63,515 bases of DNA from Pseudobdellovibrionaceae bacterium (GTDB lineage: Bacteria > Bdellovibrionota > Bdellovibrionia > Bdellovibrionales > Bdellovibrionaceae). A program made the position numbers and the translations under genes. The DNA is taken from NCBI GenBank assembly GCA_039810425.1, contig JBDHWW010000019.1, positions 1 through 63,515 of the forward strand, in the 5' to 3' direction. A model generated the notes under the pieces. It ran no database searches and had not been told where the DNA came from. It was given only the letters and a program-made list of their open reading frames with translations. This document shows positions 28,976 through 38,906 of this stretch, one piece after another; the stretch's first letter is position 1, and the number at the start of each line of letters is the position of its first letter.

Positions 28976-30115
28976 TAAGGCACCGCCGGCGCCGGAGCGG
29001 CATTGGCAAAATTTGATTTGAGATAAGACATTATGAATTCATCCAACTCACCATCCATGATGTCATCCACCTGGTTGGTTTCAAAATCAGTGCGGTGATC
29101 TTTGACGAGCTGATAAGGATGCATCACATACGACCGGATTTGCGAGCCCCATTCATTGGCTTTCTTCGTCGCATTCATCGCGTCTTTTTCAGCATTGCGT
29201 TTTTCAAGCTCTTTTTCATAAAGAGCCGCTTTGAGCATTTTCAAAGCCTTGTCACGGTTCTGAATCTGACTGCGCTGAGTTTGGCAACTGACGATAATCC
29301 CCGTCGGCAGATGGTACATGCGCACCGCCGAATCGGTTTTATTGACGTGCTGGCCGCCGGCGCCGCTGGACCTGAAAGTTTCGACCTTCAAATCCTCAGG
29401 ACGGATTTCGATATTGATGTCATCGTCCACTTCCGGCCACACGAAGACCGACGCAAACGAGGTGTGCCTGCGGGCATTGGAATCAAACGGGGAAATACGC
29501 ACCAGACGATGCACGCCGGATTCGGCCTTCAGGTAACCGTAAGCGTAAGGGCCTTCGATCAGCATCGTGCAGGATTTAATCCCGGCGCCTTCGCCTTCGG
29601 TCATATCAAGAATTTCCACGCGGTAACCGTGATGATCCGCATAGCGCGTATACATCCGCATCAGCATCTCGGCCCAATCACAGGACTCCGTCCCGCCGGC
29701 ACCGGAGTTGATCGACAAGTAAGTGCTGTTGGAATCCGTTTCGCCGCTGAGCAAACGACTGAGTTCGAGTTCTTGCCCGATTTTTTCAATTGCGAGGATC
29801 TCAGTTTTTACCTCCTGAAAAGAGGCTTCGTCTTGGCCCTCAACCGCCATTTCAAGCAAGACCTTGGCGTCATCAAGACGGCCACTATAAGACTTCCACT
29901 CGCCGACGGCTTTTTCTAAGATGGTTTTTTCTTTGTTGATCTTCTGCATTTCCGCAGGCTTTTCCCAGATAGCAGGATTTTCTGCGGCCATGGCGAGTTC
30001 CGCCAAACGCTTCTGCTTTTTCCCTAGGTCAAAGATACCCCCGAAGCTCGTCGCCAAACTTCTCAAGGTCCGCGAGTTTTCTTTTAATATCCGATAGTTC
30101 CGTAACAATTGACAT
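28975..30115 (-). CDS. prfB: Peptide chain release factor 2 (programmed +1 frameshift)
   Basis: True ATG at 30115 (MSIVTELSD...LRGYL), then CTT TGA C at 30034-30028; SPF and GGQ motifs in the +1 frame. Confidence 0.97.
30028..30043 (-). promoter_or_regulatory. RF2 +1 frameshift site
   Basis: CGGGGG TAT CTT TGA C: internal SD-like run, slippery Leu codon and UGA. Confidence 0.95.
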
Positions 30116-30137
30116 GGACGTTCCTTGCAAGACCCCC

Positions 30138-30165
30138 AGTGTATCGAGAGCCGCCCCGGAGTCAA
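30138..30165 (-). promoter_or_regulatory. Putative sigma70 promoter of prfB
   Basis: TTGACT-16 nt-TACACT on the minus strand upstream of the AAGGA RBS. Confidence 0.55.
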
Positions 30166-30278
30166 TATTTTGACCCTGTTACACGGGTTTGGGCCACAAG
30201 ATGACGGTTTGCGAAATCTCCTTTCTTTTGTATTTCGTTTTCAATTTTGCATAAATATATTTCCATAAAGGAAACCTT

Positions 30279-31283
30279 ATGAAACCTGTGATTTTAACCG
30301 GCGACCGCCCAACAGGCGCTTTGCACCTCGGCCACTATGTGGGCTCCCTCGCCAATCGCGTAAAACTTCAGCACGACTACCAACAATACCTCGTCATCGC
30401 CGACACCCAGGCCCTGACGGACAACTTCGATAACCCGCAAAAAGTCCGCGACAACATCCTTGAAGTCGCTTTGGATTATTTGGCCGTGGGCTTGGATCCC
30501 GACAAGAATACGATCTTTATCCAATCGCAGATTCCGGAGTTGTTTGAGCTCAGCATGCACTTCATGAATCTGGTCACCGTGTCGCGGCTGATGCGCAATC
30601 CAACGGTAAAAGAGGAAATTAAACAAAAGAACATGGAAGAAAGCCTCCCGGCGGGGTTCTTCGTTTACCCGGTTAGCCAGGCTGCCGATATTTTGGCCTT
30701 CCAAGCCGACCTCGTCCCGGTTGGCGAAGATCAAAACCCGATGATCGAGCAAACCAACGAGATCGCCCGCCGATTCAATCACCTCTACAAAACTTCGTGC
30801 CTCAAAGAAGTTAAAAGCATGGTCGGCACCACCGGCCGCTTGATGGGGATCGACGGCAAAGCCAAGATGAGTAAATCCGGCGGTAACGCGATTTTACTTT
30901 CTGACGCCGCCGATCTGATCAAATCCAAAGTGCAGAAAATGTACACCGATTCGAACCACTTGAAAGTCTCGGACCCTGGCCAAGTTGAGGGCAATGTGGT
31001 CTTCAGTTTTCTGGATGTGTTTGACACCAATAAAGCAGAACTTGAAGAGTTGAAAGCCCACTACCGCCGCGGTGGTCTCGGGGATGGGGCTCTCAAACAA
31101 CGCCTGACCGGAATCCTCGAGGAATTTATTGGACCGATTCGCCGCCGTCGCGAAGAATATGCCAAAGACCCAAAACACGTGATGGAAATTTGCATGAAAG
31201 GAAGCCTCAAAGCCCGCGAACGGGCCTCTCAAACACTGAAAGAAGTGCGCGAAGTGATGGCGCTAATTCCCTATAGGCATTAA
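30279..31283 (+). CDS. trpS: Tryptophan--tRNA ligase
   Basis: TGDRPTG, HLGH (HIGH), [21 protein letters not shown]. Confidence 0.96.
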   Translation: MKPVILTGDRPTGALHLGHYVGSLANRVKLQHDYQQYLVIADTQALTDNFDNPQKVRDNILEVALDYLAVGLDPDKNTIFIQSQIPELFELSMHFMNLVTVSRLMRNPTVKEEIKQKNMEESLPAGFFVYPVSQAADILAFQADLVPVGEDQNPMIEQTNEIARRFNHLYKTSCLKEVKSMVGTTGRLMGIDGKAKMSKSGGNAILLSDAADLIKSKVQKMYTDSNHLKVSDPGQVEGNVVFSFLDVFDTNKAELEELKAHYRRGGLGDGALKQRLTGILEEFIGPIRRRREEYAKDPKHVMEICMKGSLKARERASQTLKEVREVMALIPYRH

Positions 31284-31963
31284 ATCATGCGAGCCGTGGC
31301 GGCCTCCAATTGTGCCGCCGCCCCGCCTTGAATGATATCCCCGTGCGCGACAACCAGATTGTCAGGCTTCCAGGCAAGGATCTGGCGGATGGCGGACTTC
31401 AGTGAATCTTTATTATTGAAATACATTTTTCCAATGCGGGTCATGGCCAAGCGATTGTAACCGCCATTCATTTTTGCAATCAGCTTCATCAGCCAGTTGT
31501 CAAAGTGATGGAAGTTAAACATCATATCCGTCACGACGAGCGTTTTTGTTTTTGGGTGAAAAAACAAGAACTCCTCAAACATCGGCGCGCGGGCTTTGAG
31601 CGAATGCATTTCGACGAAGTGATCCCAAGGCATCACTTCGCCGGTGTCGAGAACTCCGCCGAACTGAATGTCATTGCGTTTCGCGTGCAGATCCGCAGGG
31701 CCCCAGATTTCAGCCTCTGGGAAGTTGGCGGCAAACTTATTCACATAGAGGTGATGCATTCCATTCGGCGCGACAATGTACTTCACCATGCCGATGTCAT
31801 TGATGGCTTGAACAAGTTTGGGTGTCGGCTCAACCGGAGAAATCACCATCAGGTTGTTTGCATCCAGCGCAATAATGGTAGAACGAATCGCCATCTTCAT
31901 TCCGGCAGGAGCTTTTAAAAAGTCCTCCGCCACCCACAGTCCCTCGGCCACGGCTTTGAGCAT
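31280..31963 (-). CDS. DUF4336 family (metallo-beta-lactamase-like) protein
   Basis: [31 protein letters not shown]. Confidence 0.8.
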   Translation of the reverse strand: MLKAVAEGLWVAEDFLKAPAGMKMAIRSTIIALDANNLMVISPVEPTPKLVQAINDIGMVKYIVAPNGMHHLYVNKFAANFPEAEIWGPADLHAKRNDIQFGGVLDTGEVMPWDHFVEMHSLKARAPMFEEFLFFHPKTKTLVVTDMMFNFHHFDNWLMKLIAKMNGGYNRLAMTRIGKMYFNNKDSLKSAIRQILAWKPDNLVVAHGDIIQGGAAAQLEAATARMI

Positions 31964-31978
31964 TTACAGATCCCCTTG

Positions 31979-32425
31979 CTAGATATTCTTAGCAAGAAGT
32001 TTAACAAAGACTGCGTCCTGGATGCCAAACATTTTTTCAGCATCTTTAGAAGATGTCTCATGATCGTACCCCAAAAGATGTAAAACCCCATGAAGCAGCA
32101 GGTACCCGAGTTCTTCTCGGTTTTTGAGGCCGTGCTCTTTGGCTTGTTTCATCAAAACCTGGGGGCAGAGCACAAGTTCCCCCAAAGAATCTGGCGCCAG
32201 GCTCTCAAAACTGAGCACGTCCGTCGCATAATCTTTGTGGCGGAATTGCTTATTCATCGCCTTGGCTTCTTTAGGATCCAGGAAAACCACCGTCAGTTCT
32301 TTTTTTGCAGTGGCTTTATTGAAGATTTTTTTCTTGAGAAACTCTTTTTCGACCTGATCGCACCAAACTTGAATGAACTTGCGCGGAACTTTCAGGGCGC
32401 TTTGGTTGACGACAAGAACCTTCAC
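31979..32425 (-). CDS. ybeY: rRNA maturation endoribonuclease YbeY
   Basis: ATDVLSF, LGELVLC, HGVLHLLGYDH. Confidence 0.95.
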   Translation of the reverse strand: MKVLVVNQSALKVPRKFIQVWCDQVEKEFLKKKIFNKATAKKELTVVFLDPKEAKAMNKQFRHKDYATDVLSFESLAPDSLGELVLCPQVLMKQAKEHGLKNREELGYLLLHGVLHLLGYDHETSSKDAEKMFGIQDAVFVKLLAKNI

Positions 32426-34830
32426 GTCTTATCACCCAATCCACCACCGGCGGCGCGTGGATAATCGATACGTTGGTGATAGATGCCCAGCAAAATACGC
32501 GCGAACGCGTTTTCGACCTTCGAAATGTCTCTTAAGGTCAAATTACACTCATCGAGCTGACCGTCCTGAAACTTTCTTTGAATCACGTTCCGAACGATAT
32601 TCTGCAAACGCGTTGGCGTCGGTTCATCCAAAGACCTCGCCGCCGCTTCGATGCTGTCCGCAAGCATGCAAAGGGCCGCTTCACGGAACTGCGGTTTTGG
32701 CCCCGGGTAACGGAAGTCCTCTTCAGAGATTTCGCAGTTATCCGGCTTCTTCAGATCCAATGCTTTGTTGTAGAAAAACGAAATCAGCGTCGTTCCGTGA
32801 TGCTGGATGATCCCATCTATGATCGGCTTCCCGAGCTTAAACTTCATGCCGAGCTCAACCCCGTCTTTCACGTGCGCCACGAGCAAAGTCTTACTCATGA
32901 ACGGCGAAATATGATCATGCGGATTGTGGCCGGGCTTTTGATTTTCGATGAAGTAATTCGCGTGCTCGGTTTTTCCGATATCGTGGTAGTAGCACATCAC
33001 CTTACCCAATAGCGGATTGGCGTCGATTTCTTCAGCTGCGGCTTCCACCATCGAGCCCACCATCATCGAGTGGTGATAAGTCCCTGGAGCTTTCACGATC
33101 ATTTCCTTGAGGAGAGGATGATTCAAGTTACTGAGTTCGAGAAGTTTGACATCCGTGGTGTAGTTAAACACGGATTCCAAGAGCGGAATAATCATCATTG
33201 TCACTAGCGCACTAAAGATCCCGCCGACGAAAGCCGCTGGAACCGTCACGTAAACTTCGTTCAAGGCACCTTCTTGCTCGATCTTACTCACGGTCATCAA
33301 AAAGGCGACAAGAAGCGCATTCACAAGGCCGGCACGAATTCCCGCCCAATAAATATCATTCCGGGTCTTACACATGAAGACACCGCGAGCGCCGGCGATA
33401 CCGCCGACCATTGTCACAAGCATAAAGTTGAAGCTGAAATCCGTCATGATCCCGGCACAAAACGCCGTGAACGCGGTGAAAAGCCATACGATCTCTCCCG
33501 AAGTCACAAGCAGGCCCATCATCATCGGCGCTGCCGCCATCGGCGCGGCGTAGAGAAACACCTTCGGTGTCAGGATGTGACCAAGCTTCGCCGCAAACGC
33601 CGCATCGGTCACAAACAAGTATATCTTCGTAATCAAAATCACCGACAGAATGATCAGCATCATCACCATCGAGTCCTTCGGGAAGACACGGACCTTATTC
33701 AACGTGAAACGACGCATGTAAGAGGCAAATACGATAATCAGCAACGTCAGGAAAAGCGCCAAGGAGAACGTCATCAAGTTCCCGCGGCGGTCTGCCTGGA
33801 TCGCCTGGATCTGGCGAATCATCGCCATCTGGAAAGGCTGCACGACGCTTCCTTGGGGCACGATCACCTGGTTTTTCTTGATGGTGATATTCACGGGAAT
33901 AATCGCTTCACGCGCGATTTGTTTGCGCGAGGCCGCTTCTTGCTTATTCAGGGTTAAGTTCGGCACAACCAACGACCGTGAGAAATACAAGATGTTCGCA
34001 CGGTCGCTTTCCGTCATCTTCTCAGCACCGCGCGAGAAATCCCCATCGAAGTGATCGGGATTCTGCAAATCTAAGATTTCTCTTTTTGGCAGGTTGAACT
34101 CCCGTCCGAGATTGCTCTTGTGAATGATGCGCGCAACAACGGTGTTCTGATTGCTCGGAATAAACCGATCCGGGGCTTCTGCAATTTTCTTTTCGTACCA
34201 GTTTTCAAGATTGCGAACGACCGCGCTTTCAATGCGTGGATGAAAGCGGTTTTCCACCAACCACTCGAACATGAAATCAGAAACACCGATTCCGAGTTCT
34301 TTTTCAAACTGCGATTTGTGCTGGAAAAAATCGCGCATGACCTCTTCGCGAGCCTTCAGGCTCTTTGGCCACTGCACTTCGCGCAAGAAAGCCCTTTGCA
34401 TGCGGAAGGACCGGTACACGCCACTGGAAACACGTTCAAACACCGAGGTGTCATAGTCATAAACCACCGGCACCGTGAGCTCCGCACGCAGGCGTTTCTC
34501 TTCAGTGGTGACTTCATCGGTCATTTCAAAGCTGAACGGCGAAACAACGTCGTACTTCGCGACATCACCGACGCGGAAGTCATAGGGAAGTTCCAGTTGG
34601 AAAAAGATCAGATAAGACAGGACCAAACAGAACAAAAAAATCGTCGCAACGCGCTTGATATAAAAACGGCGCTCGAGTTCCAAATAAACAGCGGAAAGAG
34701 TTCGACCGAAGATCGTCTTTTCGATGCCAAGGTGGCTCGCCCACTCAAGAAACTTCAAGCTATGGTCTTCGTAGTTGACGCGTTTATGAGGTGCGTCTGT
34801 TTTTTTTGGTCCGAATTTATGCAACGGCAT
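32422..34830 (-). CDS. 7TM-HD phosphohydrolase (PgpH-like)
   Basis: N-terminal TM, large extracytoplasmic domain, 7 TM, APGTYHHS, YHDIGK, HHGT, FRYPGPKP, LADSIEAA; start set at ATG 34830 from promoter and SD. Confidence 0.88.
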   Translation of the reverse strand: MPLHKFGPKKTDAPHKRVNYEDHSLKFLEWASHLGIEKTIFGRTLSAVYLELERRFYIKRVATIFLFCLVLSYLIFFQLELPYDFRVGDVAKYDVVSPFSFEMTDEVTTEEKRLRAELTVPVVYDYDTSVFERVSSGVYRSFRMQRAFLREVQWPKSLKAREEVMRDFFQHKSQFEKELGIGVSDFMFEWLVENRFHPRIESAVVRNLENWYEKKIAEAPDRFIPSNQNTVVARIIHKSNLGREFNLPKREILDLQNPDHFDGDFSRGAEKMTESDRANILYFSRSLVVPNLTLNKQEAASRKQIAREAIIPVNITIKKNQVIVPQGSVVQPFQMAMIRQIQAIQADRRGNLMTFSLALFLTLLIIVFASYMRRFTLNKVRVFPKDSMVMMLIILSVILITKIYLFVTDAAFAAKLGHILTPKVFLYAAPMAAAPMMMGLLVTSGEIVWLFTAFTAFCAGIMTDFSFNFMLVTMVGGIAGARGVFMCKTRNDIYWAGIRAGLVNALLVAFLMTVSKIEQEGALNEVYVTVPAAFVGGIFSALVTMMIIPLLESVFNYTTDVKLLELSNLNHPLLKEMIVKAPGTYHHSMMVGSMVEAAAEEIDANPLLGKVMCYYHDIGKTEHANYFIENQKPGHNPHDHISPFMSKTLLVAHVKDGVELGMKFKLGKPIIDGIIQHHGTTLISFFYNKALDLKKPDNCEISEEDFRYPGPKPQFREAALCMLADSIEAAARSLDEPTPTRLQNIVRNVIQRKFQDGQLDECNLTLRDISKVENAFARILLGIYHQRIDYPRAAGGGLGDKT

Positions 34831-34851
34831 CAGCTTTTTGGCCCCCGATTT

Positions 34852-34880
34852 ATCATACTGCTTTTCGGATTTTTTGTCGA
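34852..34880 (-). promoter_or_regulatory. Putative sigma70 promoter of the HD-ybeY operon
   Basis: TCGACA-17 nt-TATGAT on the minus strand. Confidence 0.6.
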
Positions 34881-34942
34881 AATCCGCAGGCTTATGTGCT
34901 ACTTCTTGGGGTAATCTCTTTCTTTGTCGAGGTGTTCTCAAT

Positions 34943-35824
34943 ATGCCAAAAGGTCCAGGAAATCTCAAAGATAATCGTGAGTCTATTCAAGCTTTGGTCG
35001 ATATCGTGGCAGACCTTCGTGGGCCCGGGGGATGCCCTTGGGATAAGGAGCAAAATCACCGCACTTTAGCGCGTTACGCCATCGAAGAAACCTATGAAAT
35101 GGTCGAGGCCCTAGAGGAAAGGGAAGTGTCCCGAGAGAAATCTGGCACCAACTCTGATTCGTTTATTTCCTCCAGCCACAAATTCAAAGACGAACTCGGC
35201 GATGTTCTTTTCCAAGTGGTCTTGCATGCACAACTGGCCGCCGAAGAAGGCTCTTTCAATTTCAACGACGTGGTCGTGACTATCTCTGAAAAACTCGTGC
35301 GCCGCCATCCCCACGTTTTCAGTGGCGTGAGTGTCAGCGGCATTGATGAGGTTTGGAAAAACTGGGAAGCGATCAAGAAGGCTGAAAAAGCCGCGCGCGG
35401 GGAAAAGGCGGCATTGATCAATGTTCCGTCCGCACTCCCTGCACTTCAACGGGCCATGACCATTGGTGAGAAAACGAAGAAGTTAAAGTTTGATTGGGAA
35501 GGCCCCCAGGATGTGTGGCTGAAAGTCGAAGAAGAGGTCGCAGAATTACAAGAAGCGATGGATAACGACGTGATGAGCGAGATTGAGCATGAACTGGGTG
35601 ATGTGTTGTTTTCTCTTGCGCAGCTGGCACGTCACTACGAGCTTGATCCAGAGCAAGTATTGCGCACGGCAAATGCCCGCTTCTTGGGTCGATTCGAAAA
35701 GATGATTCAACAATATCGCACGAATAAAGCGCCGACGGCGGAAGTCGACGAGGTATTGAAAAAATTCGGCGCGCTTTCGAATGAAGATAAAGAAAAATTC
35801 TGGCAGATCGCGAAGCAGTCCTAG
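34943..35824 (+). CDS. mazG: Nucleoside triphosphate pyrophosphohydrolase MazG
   Basis: GCPWDKEQ, EETYE, ELGDVL twice, RRHPHVF; GAGGTG RBS before ATG 34943. Confidence 0.94.
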   Translation: MPKGPGNLKDNRESIQALVDIVADLRGPGGCPWDKEQNHRTLARYAIEETYEMVEALEEREVSREKSGTNSDSFISSSHKFKDELGDVLFQVVLHAQLAAEEGSFNFNDVVVTISEKLVRRHPHVFSGVSVSGIDEVWKNWEAIKKAEKAARGEKAALINVPSALPALQRAMTIGEKTKKLKFDWEGPQDVWLKVEEEVAELQEAMDNDVMSEIEHELGDVLFSLAQLARHYELDPEQVLRTANARFLGRFEKMIQQYRTNKAPTAEVDEVLKKFGALSNEDKEKFWQIAKQS

Positions 35825-35888
35825 TTCGCAGGACCGGTTTCGCTGCAGATTTCACCATCGCCGCTTCACCCACCCCTGAATTTTGGAC

Positions 35889-35920
35889 AAAAAAAGAGCG
35901 GCTTGTCAGCCGCTCTTTTC
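35889..35920. terminator. Bidirectional intrinsic terminator (mazG/infA)
   Basis: AAAAAAAGAGCGGCT-TGTC-AGCCGCTCTTTT. Confidence 0.85.
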
Positions 35921-35922
35921 AT

Positions 35923-36144
35923 TTAGAACTTGTGTCTGTGGGTAATGAGTCCGTGGGTGGGATCGTAAGGAGAAACTCCAACGGTCACGCGGTCTCCGAC
36001 AACGACCTTGATATTGAAGCGTTTCATCTTGCCGCAAAGGCGGGCTTTGATAGGAACGCCATTCTCCAATTCGATGAAGTAGACACCACCCGCAGAGAGG
36101 TCCGTAATTTTCCCCTCTACTTGGACCAAATCGTCCTTAGCCAC
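35923..36144 (-). CDS. infA: Translation initiation factor IF-1
   Basis: MAKDDL..GKM...IKVVVGDRVTVGVSPYD. Confidence 0.93.
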   Translation of the reverse strand: MAKDDLVQVEGKITDLSAGGVYFIELENGVPIKARLCGKMKRFNIKVVVGDRVTVGVSPYDPTHGLITHRHKF

Positions 36145-36455
36145 TAGTAACGACCACCGCGTCCGCCGCCGCCGAAACCACCACGACCACCGCCACCCGG
36201 GCGCTTTTCTTGTGGTTTAGCTTCAGAAACATTCATCGCGCGACCACCAAGGTCCGAACCGTGCAATTTTGTGATTGCCGCTTGAGCTTCTTCGTCAGCA
36301 GCCATTTCAACAAAGGCGAAACCTTTGCTGCGGCCTGTTTCACGGTCTGTGATGACGTTAGCAGATTCCACAGTGCCGAATTCTGCGAAAACATCAGCTA
36401 ACTGATCTGAATCGATTGAAAATGAAAGGTTACCTACGTAAAGTTTTTTTCCCAT
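36144..36455 (-). CDS. RRM (RNP-1) RNA-binding protein with Gly-rich tail
   Basis: KLYVGNL (RNP2), KGFAFVEM (RNP1), GGGGRGG tail; GGAGG RBS. Confidence 0.93.
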   Translation of the reverse strand: MGKKLYVGNLSFSIDSDQLADVFAEFGTVESANVITDRETGRSKGFAFVEMAADEEAQAAITKLHGSDLGGRAMNVSEAKPQEKRPGGGGRGGFGGGGRGGRY

Positions 36456-37210
36456 ATTTGCCTCCTTAAAAAGCTTTGGGGCCATTCTCGAAGGACAAAA
36501 GGAAATCTAATGAGCGATCTGAACGGACTATTGAGAAGCCAGTAAACCATAGAATGGTGCTGATGGGTACTGCCAAATTTATCGGTGTGTATTACGGTTA
36601 ATTTTACCTCTAAAAACGTCTAAAATCGACTTGGCAACCGAAACAAACGCATCTCACCATCAGAAGCCCCCCATCTATGACCGGAAGACCGGCACCAAAG
36701 GCTGTCATCTCAGGCCGGAGCCCGGCGGCAAACTCTATCGTGGCCCTCTGAAAGTGCCTGAAACTCAGAGGACTATCATGCAAATTCAAGATCCTTTAAG
36801 AAATATCAATGTTCGAACCCAGACCAAAACGAACAACTTCTAACTTTCTCAATCCGTTTCGCCAAAAAGTGGACACTAGTAACTCATTGCTACGACATGA
36901 GAAAAGTCCACAACGAGACTCCGCTGTCAGAAGTTTTTGCACTTTATTAAACTTTCGTTTCACGCTCCTGTGGATCGACTTTGGAAGATCCAAAATACTG
37001 TCAAACAGTTCGCCACCAGAAAAATTTTTTGGAAATTGTATTTTTAGAGATTCACTAATAAACTCAATATCTTAACAAATCCCGAAGTGAGATTTCCAGA
37101 CCAAACTCCAAGTCGTTTCAAGCACTTCCCGACCTTTTCGATTTTGTCCTCAGAGCCTATTAAACTGTCCAAAGATCTAGACGATAGATCTTTTGAACTG
37201 GAGGTTCATT

Positions 37211-38299
37211 ATGAAATCTCGCTTAACTAAAATCTCAATCGCCGCTGCAGCTTTGACTTTCACTGCTTGTAGCAAATCTGCAGACTCTTTCTCTTTGTTG
37301 GCGGACTCATCCAGCTATAAGCAAAACGCGGTCTATACTCCACGCAAAGTTGATATTCTATGGGTGGTGGACAACTCCGGTTCTATGGAAACTTCGCAAA
37401 CAAACCTGGCGAACAATTTCCCGTCATTCATCAGTAAGTTTGTTGCGACCGGCTCAGACTTCCGTATGGCCGTAACGACAACAGACGCTTACTTGGCCCC
37501 ATACCACAAAGCCAACCAGCCAGCGGTGTTTGATTATAAAAACTATTCTTTGATCCGTGATGGCGCCGGTTCAACTCACTCTGGTGTGTATGTTATCGAC
37601 CCAAGCACTCCGGACATTTCAAGTGTTTTCTTGAAAAATATTAAACAAGGTATCGGTGGTTCAGGAGACGAGCGGGCTTTCTCCAGCTTCGAAGCGGCTT
37701 TGAATGATACACGCAACTCTGCATTCCGCCGTCCAGATGCTTTTCTGGCCATTATTATCGTTTCTGACGAAGATGACTTCTCCCACAAAGACAATACTGA
37801 TGGAATGAATTCATACATTTTCATGGACACGAACTACAATGATCCAACAATGTATTCAATCCAATACTATATGGATTACCTCACAAACTTCACGGCAGCG
37901 GCTGGTGCCAGCAAAAACTTCTCTGTGAACTCTATCAGCATCGTAGACAACGCTTGCTTGAATACGTTGCAAAACGGCGCACAGAAATTGGGCCAACGCT
38001 ATATGCAATTGGCTACGGCAAGCGGTGGTAAAGCGACCAGCCTTTGCAATGACTTCTCAGACAGCTTGAAATTGTTGGCGGACGCCATCGTGGACCTTTC
38101 AAGTGAATTTAAGCTCACTCGCGAACCTATCGAGTCCACCATCGTCGTCACAGTGAACGGCGTAAACGTTCCTAGCGATGCTGCAAACGGTTGGACCTAC
38201 AATGCTTCTGCGATCTCTATTTCCTTCCACGGAAGTGCGGTTCCAGTCGCAGGCGCAGACGTTCGCATTAACTTTGATCCAAAAGGTGTTAAAAACTAA
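37211..38299 (+). CDS. vWA-domain lipoprotein, CglB-like gliding adhesin
   Basis: Lipobox FTAC; DILWVVDNSGSM (MIDAS DxSxS), IIVSDEDD; first gene of the agl/glt cluster. Confidence 0.75.
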   Translation: MKSRLTKISIAAAALTFTACSKSADSFSLLADSSSYKQNAVYTPRKVDILWVVDNSGSMETSQTNLANNFPSFISKFVATGSDFRMAVTTTDAYLAPYHKANQPAVFDYKNYSLIRDGAGSTHSGVYVIDPSTPDISSVFLKNIKQGIGGSGDERAFSSFEAALNDTRNSAFRRPDAFLAIIIVSDEDDFSHKDNTDGMNSYIFMDTNYNDPTMYSIQYYMDYLTNFTAAAGASKNFSVNSISIVDNACLNTLQNGAQKLGQRYMQLATASGGKATSLCNDFSDSLKLLADAIVDLSSEFKLTREPIESTIVVTVNGVNVPSDAANGWTYNASAISISFHGSAVPVAGADVRINFDPKGVKN

Positions 38300-38309
38300 G
38301 GGGAATTAA

Positions 38310-38891
38310 ATGAGCACGCAGCAGGCAGCAAATTTTAGTCATCATGAATGGTACATCCTTCGCGGTGAAATGAAGTACGGTCCATACGAGTACAGTGCGC
38401 TCATTCACATGATTCAAACAGGTGAGCTCTACGATTATAACTACGTATGGGCGCCTCACATGGAAAGTTGGATGTTACTGGGCGATATCCAGGAGTTTTC
38501 TAAAGACAGGCTGGCACGTCTCATCCAGACACAGGACCATTTGTCGGGTGCGTTCATCAAACGTGGCTCTCCACGGATTGATGTTGATATCGACATCTAC
38601 GCTCATAACAATGCCAATTTCTTCGACGGAAAATGCACATCAATCAGCGACAACGGCGCGTTGTTGCTTTTAAACGATCCCCTGCTGTTACCAGGCCAAG
38701 AGGTCGTGATTCATTTCCGCGGGAATGGGACTAATAACCCTTCAGGTTTTAACGTAAAAGCCGAAGTTATTAGAAAGAACTTCACTAAGCAAAGAATTAA
38801 CGTCAAGTCCGGGTTGCACTATGCTGTTCGTTTCCTCCAGGTGCAAAAGACGGGACAAGACCAGATTAAGAATATGTTATTAAAAAAGTAA
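38310..38891 (+). CDS. GYF_2 (DUF4339) + PilZ domain protein
   Basis: WYIL...KYGPY...VWAPHMESW (GYF_2); RGSPR and SISDNG (PilZ), YAVRF. Confidence 0.8.
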   Translation: MSTQQAANFSHHEWYILRGEMKYGPYEYSALIHMIQTGELYDYNYVWAPHMESWMLLGDIQEFSKDRLARLIQTQDHLSGAFIKRGSPRIDVDIDIYAHNNANFFDGKCTSISDNGALLLLNDPLLLPGQEVVIHFRGNGTNNPSGFNVKAEVIRKNFTKQRINVKSGLHYAVRFLQVQKTGQDQIKNMLLKK

Positions 38892-38906
38892 TCGGAGGAA
38901 ACGTAT

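Noticed and set aside
30116..30165. ORF-track N-terminus of prfB
   Set aside because: Artefact of the +1 frameshift; this stretch is promoter and RBS.
34831..34968. Apparent head-to-head overlap of the HD gene and mazG
   Set aside because: It disappears when starts are reset to ATG 34830 and ATG 34943, each supported by SD or promoter signals.
36631..37075. ORFs of 70, 65 and 88 aa, and a possible c-di-GMP riboswitch or sigma54 promoter at TTGGCAACC
   Set aside because: No RBS or family motifs; the GEMM consensus is not matched; GG-N10-GC spacing is not satisfied.
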